From Bacillota bacterium (GTDB lineage Bacteria; Bacillota; Clostridia; Christensenellales; Aristaeellaceae), in assembly GCA_023416585.1 (NCBI GenBank), contig JAEZHM010000088.1, positions 35,967-59,966 on the forward strand: DNA of 24,000 bases, written 5' to 3'. Shown piece by piece: positions 7,310-15,305 of the stretch (position 1 is the first letter of the stretch; every line of letters begins with the position of its first letter). The translations under genes were made by a program, and so were the position numbers. The notes below the pieces were generated by a model that was given only the letters and a program-made list of their open reading frames with translations, was not told where the DNA came from and ran no database searches.

Positions 7310-7310
7310 C

Positions 7311-7402
7311 TGGCGGAGAAGCCGGGATTTGAACCCGGGCGGCGCTTATCGCACCCTACTCCCTTAGCAGGGGAGCCCCTTCGGCCTCTTGGGTACTTCT
7401 CC
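7311..7402 (-). tRNA. tRNA-Ser (anticodon GCT)
   Basis: Reverse complement = GGAGAAGTACCCAAGAGGCCGAAGGGGCTCCCCTGCTAAGGGAGTAGGGTGCGATAAGCGCCGCCCGGGTTCAAATCCCGGCTTCTCCGCCA. It shows a 7-bp acceptor stem, anticodon stem CTCCC/GGGAG with loop CT-GCT-AA, a long class-II variable arm, T-arm CCGGG-TTCAAAT-CCCGG, discriminator G and an encoded CCA. Confidence 0.93.
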
Positions 7403-7439
7403 ATAAGCCGGTTTGTTATAGAATTCCCGGGGAAAAAAA

Positions 7440-7529
<90 letters not shown>

Positions 7530-7553
7530 ATGTTTAAAGAACCAGCGAGGGTT

Positions 7554-7582
7554 ATTATATCAGGGTTTCTAAGCAAAGTCAA
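7554..7582 (-). promoter_or_regulatory. Near-consensus sigma-A promoter for the tRNA-Ser pair
   Basis: On the minus strand: TTGACT (7582..7577), 17-nt spacer, TATAAT (7559..7554). The tRNA 5' end (7529) is 24 nt downstream of the -10 element. Confidence 0.7.
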
Positions 7583-8179
7583 CGGGAAAATGGTCATTTT
7601 GGGATTTGGGGTAGAATGTTTTTCTAACTTCACTTTTGGACGAAAGTGCAGAATTAACATCATCATGCAATGCAAAAGTAAGAATGAACAGAATATACTT
7701 CCGCACACCAAAGTCAAGTATCAGCCCATAGTCGGATTGCAAAGCGAAAAGTAAATTTTCGCGAGGGTTATACAATCATGGATATTATCTCCAGAATCAT
7801 TCCTTGACATCTTGATGCCTTAGGCAAGATAAATGTAGAGCATCTGGATATTCTATTTCGATAACCCTGATTCCTATCGCATGGTGGCCAACCCCGCCTA
7901 CGAGGCGGAAATTGATCCGCCTACGAAGTGTTTTTGCACATCGATCCATACGACAAACTGGGCGGGGAGTGCGAATGCTCCGTACGGGGATTAGAGGACG
8001 CTAGACCGATAATGATCTTGAAATAGTGGCCGTTCAAAAAGAGAATCGTGCTAAAGCAAGCAAAACTACCTCTTTTTGTCGCATTGTCAAAAAGAAAACA
8101 AAAGGACGAGATGAGCAAAGGCAATCGGCGGTAACAACAAAGCGAATGCGATGATAAATAATTCACTCAAAAGGAATCT

Positions 8180-10501
8180 TTATCCCAAATTTGGATGATA
8201 ATCCAGAATGTTTTCACGAAATCGTCCAGGTGTTATGCCCACGCTTTTCTTGAATACGCGAATGAGGGTATTGGTGTGCAGGTAACCTACTTGCAAAGCG
8301 ATTTCCTGCAGCGATAGTTGTGTGGAGAGGAGCATTTCTTTCACCTTGCTGATACGGACTTCATTAATATATTCCGGAAGGGACACATGCTTCCGTTCCT
8401 TGAAAATACGTGCCAAGTATGCTGTGTTCCGCGTAAAGTGCTCCGCAATCATCGCCATACTGAAGTTGGGTTCTGTGTAGTGGTTGTGGATATACTCAAT
8501 TACGTGGCAAATCAGGTCGTCATGAGATGCACCTTCATCTCGCTGACTTTCTGCCAGTGCGATTAGATATGTTTCAATTTTCTCGAGCATCTCTCTCGTA
8601 TGCTTGTTCTCAATCATATCAAGGGTAAAAGCTTGGGAAAGCGCCATAATCTCCGGTGAATAGTCCAGCAGCACGGACGACGCCTGTGCGATGGTATTTG
8701 CGATCGACAATAATGCCATGCGGATGGCCGGAATGTTCCGTGTCTGCTCCATTTTCTGTGAAAGTTGGTGAAACAATCGAAGAGCTTCGCCAATACTGTC
8801 CTGCCGGATAAGCCGGTCCAGTAATGACTCATCCTCCACCCCATAGAGCGGGTGCTTGTCTATATTCTGGCCGTGCATGTCCTCAAAGAACAGAATTTGC
8901 CCCCCCCCCATCATACGATTGACTTCCATGGCGGTTACCACTTCCCGCTCCCCTTGCGCCACCTTCCAAAGTGAGTCCTGGACAGAGCTTACCGCTGCTG
9001 TGATGAAAAGTGAGTAATGCTGGATAAGCAATGCATTTATATATTCCAAGTCCGCACGCAAGCACGTGCGGTAAGTTTCTGTTTCTTCCGGAGCGATGGA
9101 CACAAGGAAGGTCAAATCCTCAGGCTGTTCGATAAGATAGACTGTTCGATTCTGCGCCAGTTGCTCCGTCAACATGTTTCCAGGCACAAAGTGGGTCATC
9201 AGCGCATCATCCGGCAGCTGCCCTTCTTCCTCCATATCTCGTTCCACAAACGCGTGTACAACGACGAAGAGATCCGACCTGAAGACCAGATTGCACTGTT
9301 CCGCTTGTTCTACCCATTCACCCTCGTCACGCACATCTCCACGCAGTAGCGCTTGCAGCAGGCTCTGCTGAAGCAAACGGTTCCGTTGCATCATGTTGGA
9401 TTTTGATTGCTGTTCGCGGTCAATCGCCTTTGTTATCCAATGCTGAATCTCCGTCAGATCATCCATCTTTTTTTCTGGCTGCATTGCGCCGCCACGCTTC
9501 CTAAGCACCTGAAGAATGGCACCGATGGGGTTATACTGCCGCTTGGCAAACCAATAAGCAGCCGCCAGCCCGCACAGCAGCAGAACGCCAATGGCTGCAA
9601 CACCAATGGCCAAGATCCAATGAGCTTTTGCAAGCAGCGCAGAAACCGGTACCAGTGACAAGCAAGTCCAGTTCCCCAATTTTGTTTCGGCCATATCTTG
9701 TACATACTCTATATCTCCCAGCCGCAAGCGGGATCTTTGGGTATATGCGCTATTCAAGGCGTTACTCTTCTCCCAGACTTTGGTTAACTTCGGGTCCGTA
9801 GACATCACGACGCGGCCGTTTTGGTCGGTCAATATAATCTGGGTATCCGGCGTCGTTTTGTGTTGACTAAACAAGTCGGCCCATTCTTCCTCGCTTTGCA
9901 AAAATATGATCAGCGCATTTACTTCGTTCCACCCGGAATTGCTCACCGGCCACATAAGCTCTATATATCGATTCATCGTGCCATCCGTTAGGCGCACATT
10001 GAAAGCTGCCCATTCAAAGGAAGTTGTTTGTTTGAGATCAGCACTCCATTGAGCGTAGGTTCGGCTCGCTTGGGACAAAAATATATCATAATAATCCCGC
10101 AGCGTATACTTTGCATTCTTTGTTACAATGAAGTCATTGTACTTAAAATATAGCAGCAGGCTTCCCGTCTGGCGGTTGGACAATTCCATTGCCCGCATCC
10201 GGTAGATCAGATTCTGTGCCATGAAGAGATGACGCGGCAGCAACGGTTCCCTGCGTGCGGCCAAGGCTGTAACGTCCGCTTGCATGCTCATTTCGCGCTG
10301 CACAGCCTGGGTGGTGTAGAATTTTTCATCAAGGGCGTTCCGCAGTTGAAGCAGTCTGTTCGTATTAGAACGATATAGTTCATCTGTCAGCGCACTTGTG
10401 AATGCGGCGCACAGGATCACGGCCAATGCCAAGGGCAGGATGAGCAGCACACAATTGGTTAACATCCAGCGCACGAGCATGCCAGGTTTTTTGCGGATCA
10501 C
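8180..10501 (-). CDS. Membrane-anchored one-component sensor/regulator with a C-terminal AraC-type HTH
   Basis: Same frame as track ORF 8180..10603. I prefer GTG 10501 (VIRKKPGMLVRWML..., G-rich SD 8 nt upstream); ATG 10480 is also possible. TM1 is 'LTNCVLLILPLALAVILCAAF'. An extracytoplasmic segment of about 260 aa follows, then TM2 'WILAIGVAAIGVLLLCGLAAAYWF' and a long cytoplasmic linker. The C-terminal block 'FSMAMIAEHFTRNTAYLARIFKE...SLQEIALQVGYLHTNTLIRVFKKSVGITPGRFR' is AraC-type HTH. Confidence 0.85.
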   Translation of the reverse strand: MIRKKPGMLVRWMLTNCVLLILPLALAVILCAAFTSALTDELYRSNTNRLLQLRNALDEKFYTTQAVQREMSMQADVTALAARREPLLPRHLFMAQNLIYRMRAMELSNRQTGSLLLYFKYNDFIVTKNAKYTLRDYYDIFLSQASRTYAQWSADLKQTTSFEWAAFNVRLTDGTMNRYIELMWPVSNSGWNEVNALIIFLQSEEEWADLFSQHKTTPDTQIILTDQNGRVVMSTDPKLTKVWEKSNALNSAYTQRSRLRLGDIEYVQDMAETKLGNWTCLSLVPVSALLAKAHWILAIGVAAIGVLLLCGLAAAYWFAKRQYNPIGAILQVLRKRGGAMQPEKKMDDLTEIQHWITKAIDREQQSKSNMMQRNRLLQQSLLQALLRGDVRDEGEWVEQAEQCNLVFRSDLFVVVHAFVERDMEEEGQLPDDALMTHFVPGNMLTEQLAQNRTVYLIEQPEDLTFLVSIAPEETETYRTCLRADLEYINALLIQHYSLFITAAVSSVQDSLWKVAQGEREVVTAMEVNRMMGGGQILFFEDMHGQNIDKHPLYGVEDESLLDRLIRQDSIGEALRLFHQLSQKMEQTRNIPAIRMALLSIANTIAQASSVLLDYSPEIMALSQAFTLDMIENKHTREMLEKIETYLIALAESQRDEGASHDDLICHVIEYIHNHYTEPNFSMAMIAEHFTRNTAYLARIFKERKHVSLPEYINEVRISKVKEMLLSTQLSLQEIALQVGYLHTNTLIRVFKKSVGITPGRFRENILDYHPNLG
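8900..8909 (-). repeat. Homopolymeric G10 (C10 on the plus strand) tract inside the regulator CDS
   Basis: Plus strand ...ttgCCCCCCCCCCatcat.... The coding strand reads ATG ATG GGG GGG GGG CAA = MMGGGQ, about 240 codons upstream of the stop and therefore upstream of the HTH domain. Confidence 0.95.
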
Positions 10502-10581
10502 GCCTTTTTCCCCCCTTCGAACGGGTTTCAGGTTTTTAAGGTTAAGTACACTATGCCATTTTTGGCATGTTAAAACAAGAT

Positions 10582-10700
10582 TATCTACGATTGTGTAGAT
10601 CATCCTATCAAATTGTTGATGTGAAAGCTACACTTTTGTTGATGTTTCATGAATTCGTAGTTTGCATCCATGAAGCCTGCAGTGCTACACTTTTGATAAT
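10582..10700. promoter_or_regulatory. Repeat-rich divergent control region between the regulator and the ABC operon
   Basis: Direct repeat GCTACACTTTTG at 10627-10638 and 10684-10695 (extended: GCTACACTTTTGtTGATG versus GCTACACTTTTGaTAATG). TTGTTGATGT occurs at 10613-10622 and 10636-10645. Inverted repeat ATCTAC (10583-10588) / GTAGAT (10595-10600). The hexamer CTACAC or its complement occurs three times. Confidence 0.35.
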
Positions 10701-10718
10701 GAAAGGAGGAGCAAAAAA

Positions 10719-12275
10719 ATGTTGAAACGCTCTCTCTCGGTATTCTTAACGGTATCCCTGTTACTGACCCTGGGCGCCGGCTTTGCCGCCGCGGAAGCGC
10801 CCTATGCCTTCCCAGAGGGTTTGGAACTGAACTACTATCTGCCCCTGTCGGACCAAGCTGCGGCCATCATTTCCAGCTTTAATGAAAATGAGGCCTATAA
10901 GCAAAAGGAGGAAAAAACCGGAGTTCACGTCACCTTTGATTCACCGCCTGCCGGTTCGTGGGCTGAGGCATTCAAGCTGCTCATTGCCGGAAAAGATCTG
11001 CCGGATATTATAGAAGAAGGTTCCGGCAGTCTCAGCGATTACCCGGGCGGCCCTGACCAGGCCATTGCGGATGGGGTGTATATCGATCTGGCGCCGCTGA
11101 TCCCGCTCTATGCCCCCAACTACAACAAGCTGTTGGAAGACCCGGAATTCCGCAAGGAAGTGACAACGGATAAAGGCGCAATCCCTGCGTTCTTCTGCGC
11201 TCACACGGCTAAGGAACCGGCATGGTCCGGCCCCGTCGTCCGCTTGGATTGGCTCAAGGAACAAGGGCTGGAAATCCCCGTTACCCTTGCTGATTGGGAA
11301 AACATGCTGATTAAGTTCCGTGATGCGTATGGCTGCGAAGCTCCCTTGCAGCTCAACGTGCGTGGTGTGCCGGATTACGGCGAATTTGTAGGCGCTTTTG
11401 ATGTAGCGCCCGGCACGTTCCAAATCGATGGCGTTGTGAAATACGGCCCCGTCGAAGCAGGATTCCGTGATTATGTCACCCTGATGCACAAATGGTATGA
11501 AGAAGGATTGATCGATCCGGAATTTCCCACCCGTGACGGAACGAGCGCCGATGCCCTTGCCACCACCGGCCGCGCCGGTGCATGGACCGGCGACTACAAC
11601 AACAAATTAAACACTTACATCAGCATAGTGCGCAAAACCGGCGACGAAAAGTACGACTTGGAAGCCGCGCCTTATCCGGTACGCGAAGCGGGCATGGTAA
11701 GCCACGTCCGGCAGACGAACTTTAAAAACAAGTTATCTGGCGCGTTTATCACCACCAGCTGCAAAGATGTTGAGGCAGCCATGCGCTGGATGGACTGGAA
11801 CTATTCTGAAGAAGGCATGATGCTCTTTAACTACGGTATCGAAGGTCTGACATATGATGTGATCGACGGCCTGCCCTACTATTCCGATTTCTATAACAAG
11901 AATCCGGATGGAATCGCTCCCGGTCACATGTCTTGGAAGTATCGTACCAGCTATGGCCCGTATCTGCGCCTGTTCACCATGCAGCGTGTTCATGTTCCGA
12001 ATCCTAAGACCGACAACACCTACACTGTATGGGAGTCCAATGGTGACAACGCATACTCTCTGCCGATGGTCACCTATACGGCGGAAGAATCTTCCGAGCG
12101 TTCCCGCTTGCTAAACGAAATCAAGATGTACCAGGAACCCATGATCGCCAAATTCATCACTGGTGATGAACCTCTGGAGAATTTTGATGCCTATTTGGCA
12201 CACATGAAAGAACTAGGCGTCGATCGTGTCATTGAAATCACTCAGGGTGCTCTTGACCGCTATATCGGGCGGTAA
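10719..12275 (+). CDS. Extracellular solute-binding protein of a carbohydrate ABC transporter (large LplA-like type)
   Basis: 518 aa with AAAGGAGGAG upstream and the N-terminal signal peptide MLKRSLSVFLTVSLLLTLGAGFAAAEA. Its size and blocks such as 'DLPDII', 'WENMLIKFRD' and 'HKWYEEGLIDPEF' are typical of the ~500-aa family-1 sugar SBPs found next to LplB/LplC-type permeases. Confidence 0.88.
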   Translation: MLKRSLSVFLTVSLLLTLGAGFAAAEAPYAFPEGLELNYYLPLSDQAAAIISSFNENEAYKQKEEKTGVHVTFDSPPAGSWAEAFKLLIAGKDLPDIIEEGSGSLSDYPGGPDQAIADGVYIDLAPLIPLYAPNYNKLLEDPEFRKEVTTDKGAIPAFFCAHTAKEPAWSGPVVRLDWLKEQGLEIPVTLADWENMLIKFRDAYGCEAPLQLNVRGVPDYGEFVGAFDVAPGTFQIDGVVKYGPVEAGFRDYVTLMHKWYEEGLIDPEFPTRDGTSADALATTGRAGAWTGDYNNKLNTYISIVRKTGDEKYDLEAAPYPVREAGMVSHVRQTNFKNKLSGAFITTSCKDVEAAMRWMDWNYSEEGMMLFNYGIEGLTYDVIDGLPYYSDFYNKNPDGIAPGHMSWKYRTSYGPYLRLFTMQRVHVPNPKTDNTYTVWESNGDNAYSLPMVTYTAEESSERSRLLNEIKMYQEPMIAKFITGDEPLENFDAYLAHMKELGVDRVIEITQGALDRYIGR

Positions 12276-12292
12276 GCAATTCTCATGTCTCT

Positions 12293-12332
12293 GCGCGGGA
12301 GAGGGAGTGCTTTCTCCCGCGCGTCTTTTTTT
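12293..12332 (+). terminator. Intra-operon hairpin/attenuator after the SBP gene
   Basis: GCGCGGGAGA (12293-12302) / TCTCCCGCGC (12313-12322), a 10-bp GC-rich stem with a 10-nt loop, followed by GTCTTTTTTT. Confidence 0.7.
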
Positions 12333-12358
12333 GTGGTATATGTGAAGAAGGTGATTCG

Positions 12359-13312
12359 ATGTCGGTTCGAGCAGGTGTAAGCCCATCTGTGTTTTCGCGT
12401 CCATCCCGGTTGCGCCGCATTCGCAGGGACTTTAAGATTAACGCCTTGGTTTACGTTCTGGCTATGCTGGTTCTGGCCTATTACGTTTTATTTCACTATC
12501 TGCCAATGTATGGTATCATCATATCTTTTCAGGACTACAGCCCCAGAAGAGGAGTGCTTGGAAGCCCTTGGGTGGGCTTGAAGCACTTCAAGAGCTTCTT
12601 TAGCAGTCCTTCCCTCGGCCAGATCGTCAGCAACACGGTGATGATCAACGTGCTTGATTTGGTGATAGGATTCCCCATTCCTATTATTTTTGCGTTGCTG
12701 CTCAACGAGCTTCACATGCCCAAGTTCAAGCGAACCATCCAGTCTATGACGTACATGCCGCACTTTTTATCGCTGGTTGTGGTCTGTGGCATGATTCGGG
12801 AGTTTACGGCGTCGGATGGGTTGATTAACCAGATCACCACGCTCTTTTCTGCAAAGCCTGTGAATTTTCTGGGCAAAGCGCAGTACTTCCAGATGGTGTA
12901 CGTGCTCTCGGGCATCTGGCAGGGCTTTGGCTGGAGCAGCATCATCTACATTGCAGCCGTTGCCGGCGTAGATCGGGAACTGTATGAGTCGGCCATGCTG
13001 GACGGGGCGAACCGCCTTAAGCAGGCCTGGCACATTACATTACCGGGCATCGCTCCCACGATTACCATACTATTGATCATGCGTATTGGCAGCATGATGA
13101 GCGTGGGCTACGAAAAAATCATGCTGCTGTATAATCCGATGACTTATGAAACGGCGGATGTTATTTCCACATACATATACCGTATCGGAATCTTGGATGC
13201 GAACTACAGCTTTTCATCCGCTGTAGGCCTGTTCAATTCAGTCGTCAACTTCACGCTGTTGCTTTCTGCGAATTTCATTAGCAAGAGAGTCGGCGAGACG
13301 TCATTATTTTAG
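12359..13312 (+). CDS. Carbohydrate ABC transporter permease (LplB-like)
   Basis: 317 aa with about 6 TM segments. The N-terminal 'YYVLFHYLPMYGIIISFQDY' block and the EAA-loop-like 'ESAMLDGANRLKQAWHITLPGIAPT' are typical of MalF/LplB-type permeases. Confidence 0.9.
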   Translation: MSVRAGVSPSVFSRPSRLRRIRRDFKINALVYVLAMLVLAYYVLFHYLPMYGIIISFQDYSPRRGVLGSPWVGLKHFKSFFSSPSLGQIVSNTVMINVLDLVIGFPIPIIFALLLNELHMPKFKRTIQSMTYMPHFLSLVVVCGMIREFTASDGLINQITTLFSAKPVNFLGKAQYFQMVYVLSGIWQGFGWSSIIYIAAVAGVDRELYESAMLDGANRLKQAWHITLPGIAPTITILLIMRIGSMMSVGYEKIMLLYNPMTYETADVISTYIYRIGILDANYSFSSAVGLFNSVVNFTLLLSANFISKRVGETSLF

Positions 13313-13323
13313 GAGGCTACGGC

Positions 13324-14208
13324 ATGAAGCAATCCTTAAGTGGTCGCGTGTTCGACATAATGAATGCCGTACTTATGATCGTACTGGCGGTGATTTGCAT
13401 ATACCCTATGGTATATGTACTCTTATCCTCTGTTAGCAATCCATCCTACCTGATGATGCGCAGCGGCGTTATGCTATGGCCCAGAGGTTTTACGCTCGAA
13501 GGGTATGGGTTGGTTTTCCGCAATCCGAATATTCTTATCGCTTATCGAAACACTGCCGTGTACCTATTGACGGGCACAGCCCTGCAGATGGTCATGACCT
13601 CCATTGCCGCATATGTCCTCTCTCGAAAGACATTCTTTTTTCGCAATGCGCTGTCCTTGATCATCGTGTTCACCATGTATTTTGGCGGCGGTATGATCCC
13701 TTACTACCTGACTATTAAAGAAACGCTGGGTATGTACAATTCCCTGGCGGCGATGATTATACCCGGTGCGATCTCTACGTGGAATCTGATTATCATGCGC
13801 ACATCGTTTCAGAGCATCCCAGCCAGCCTGGAGGAATCCGCTTCGCTGGATGGTGCGAGCCATTTGACGATATTGTTTCGAATTATTGTGCCGCTTTCTA
13901 TGCCCACGATGGCTGTGATAACGCTGTATTATGCTGTAGGGCATTGGAATTCATGGTTTAACGCGCTGCTGTTTTTGCGGGATCGAAGCCGTTTTCCGCT
14001 TCAACTGATCCTGCGCGAAATCCTCATCACCAACCAGACCATCGAATTGCTTGATGTAACCCAAGTGGACCAGATGATGAAGGATGATTACCGCCGGCTG
14101 GTTCAATACTGTACGATTATTGTCGCCACAGTGCCTATCTTGTTAGCCTATCCGTTTTTACAGCGCTTTTTTGTTAAGGGTATCATGGTTGGCGCTTTGA
14201 AAGGATAA
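13324..14208 (+). CDS. Carbohydrate ABC transporter permease (LplC-like)
   Basis: 294 aa with GGAGG 7 nt upstream and about 6 TM segments. It has the EAA loop 'EESASLDGASHLTILFRIIVPLSMP' and the tail 'YPFLQRFFVKGIMVGALKG' typical of MalG/LplC-type permeases. Confidence 0.9.
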   Translation: MKQSLSGRVFDIMNAVLMIVLAVICIYPMVYVLLSSVSNPSYLMMRSGVMLWPRGFTLEGYGLVFRNPNILIAYRNTAVYLLTGTALQMVMTSIAAYVLSRKTFFFRNALSLIIVFTMYFGGGMIPYYLTIKETLGMYNSLAAMIIPGAISTWNLIIMRTSFQSIPASLEESASLDGASHLTILFRIIVPLSMPTMAVITLYYAVGHWNSWFNALLFLRDRSRFPLQLILREILITNQTIELLDVTQVDQMMKDDYRRLVQYCTIIVATVPILLAYPFLQRFFVKGIMVGALKG

Positions 14209-14213
14209 TTGCC

Positions 14214-15272
14214 ATGATCATGAAGCATCCACCAATCAGTTGGGAGCATCTGGGGCCTGCAATGGAGCGTGGCACAAGCGGAAGTCCGGACGCTGACGTG
14301 ACTGGGGATCCCTGCATCGTATGGGACGAAACAGAGAATGCCTTTCGCATGTTTTACTTTGGCCAACGCCATGAAGAAGGCCGGGAAATCAACTGCATTA
14401 TGCATGCGTTGTCGCAGGGGCCTGCCCATGTGGGTCCAGGGCAGTGGCGCAAATGCGGGGCCATACAATATGAGAACCCGCAGGACTTGCCAGGAGATGC
14501 ACACAAGCCCTATGTGCTGATGGACGCCTGGCATATAAACCGCGCCGCCCGGGTGGACGGGCTGTTTATGCTCTATTTTGTCATTTGGGAGCAGGAACAC
14601 AAAAAGATCTACCGCGCAGCCGCCAGGAAACTGGCTGGTCCTTGGCGTGTGCAACCGGAACCGGTATTGGAACTCGGTGTAGAGGACGCCTTCGACGGCT
14701 ATCATGTAGACACTGTTTCGTCATTCTATTTTGCTGAGCAAGCTCGGACGTTGCTTTTCTATAAGGGATACCCGCTTGTACCGCAGCCGGATACGCTAAA
14801 CTCACCATATGGCTCCCGCACCGCTGCAGCCTGGATGAAGGACGGCGATACCACCGCTTCCCGAGCGGGCGTTGTACTCAAACCCGCCGGTGACGGCACA
14901 TGGTACGCTGGGTGGACGGCAGGCATGCAGATCATCCCGGCAGATGGAGGCGGCTGGTGGGCACTATGTAACGCCAGCCCTACGCCACCGGCGCCTGTGG
15001 CAATCTCGCCGCAGATGCGAGAACCAGCGCCTAGCCTGGGAGGATGGGCATATACCCCTGATCACGATCCGACAATCGGATGGCAATTCCAGCATGAACC
15101 TATTGTCTCACTCCTGAACCTTCCGGCGAATGCGGTGGCCCAGGGCGAATGTGTCAATCTATGGCGGCATCATCTGCTGCTGACCGATGATGGCTTTGCA
15201 TATTTATTCTATAACAGTGGGGCCTATGGCAGCGAGAGGATGTTTGTACGCCGCGCCATCATCCCAGAGTAG
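14214..15272 (+). CDS. Cytoplasmic beta-propeller-type glycoside-hydrolase-like protein (GH43/GH117/GH130-like; family not resolved)
   Basis: 352 aa, starting 5 nt after the permease stop, with no signal peptide. The N-terminal 'TGDPCIVWDETENAFRMFYFG' resembles the first-blade catalytic-Asp motif of five-bladed propeller hydrolases. Repeated aromatic and Gly-rich strands recur ('LFMLYFVIWE', 'TLLFYKGY', 'WWALCNA', 'FAYLFYNSG'). The assignment is tentative. Confidence 0.55.
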   Translation: MIMKHPPISWEHLGPAMERGTSGSPDADVTGDPCIVWDETENAFRMFYFGQRHEEGREINCIMHALSQGPAHVGPGQWRKCGAIQYENPQDLPGDAHKPYVLMDAWHINRAARVDGLFMLYFVIWEQEHKKIYRAAARKLAGPWRVQPEPVLELGVEDAFDGYHVDTVSSFYFAEQARTLLFYKGYPLVPQPDTLNSPYGSRTAAAWMKDGDTTASRAGVVLKPAGDGTWYAGWTAGMQIIPADGGGWWALCNASPTPPAPVAISPQMREPAPSLGGWAYTPDHDPTIGWQFQHEPIVSLLNLPANAVAQGECVNLWRHHLLLTDDGFAYLFYNSGAYGSERMFVRRAIIPE

Positions 15273-15305
15273 GAGTCAAACAAACCCATTCCCTGGCATT
15301 TGCAT

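Noticed and set aside
5201-7310. The idea that arsR-hgcAB is a tRNA-targeting integrative element.
   Set aside because: There is no integrase, recombinase or excisionase. I found no copy of the tRNA-Ser(GCT) 3' end (TGGCGGAGAAGCCGGG...) at the distal boundary (5200-5450). Only the compositional argument survives, and that is reported separately.
7883-7967. TGGTGGCC... on the plus strand looked like the reverse complement of a CCA-ending tRNA or tmRNA 3' end next to the two tRNA-Ser genes.
   Set aside because: The would-be T-arm (GGCGG-ATCAATTT-CCGCC or CCGC-CTCGTAG-GCGG) lacks the TTCRA loop. There is no matching 5' acceptor strand (GGCCAA). No GGATTCGAC-like tmRNA 5' motif or tag ORF lies upstream. 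A tmRNA-sized element would also run into the regulator CDS.
7881-7994. 37-codon plus-strand ORF (MVANPAYEAEIDPPTKCFCTSIHTTNWAGSANAPYGD) overlapping the alternative CCGCC/GGCGG pairings, read as a leader-peptide attenuator.
   Set aside because: It has no SD. There is no plus-strand gene downstream to regulate, since the next gene is convergent. The stems are only 5-7 bp.
7921-8166. 81-aa minus-strand ORF in the AT-rich gap (and 7569..7775, 7508..7717, 7440..7754).
   Set aside because: Low-complexity, Cys/Phe/Ser-rich junk translations with no SD. Two of them overlap the tRNA genes or their promoter.
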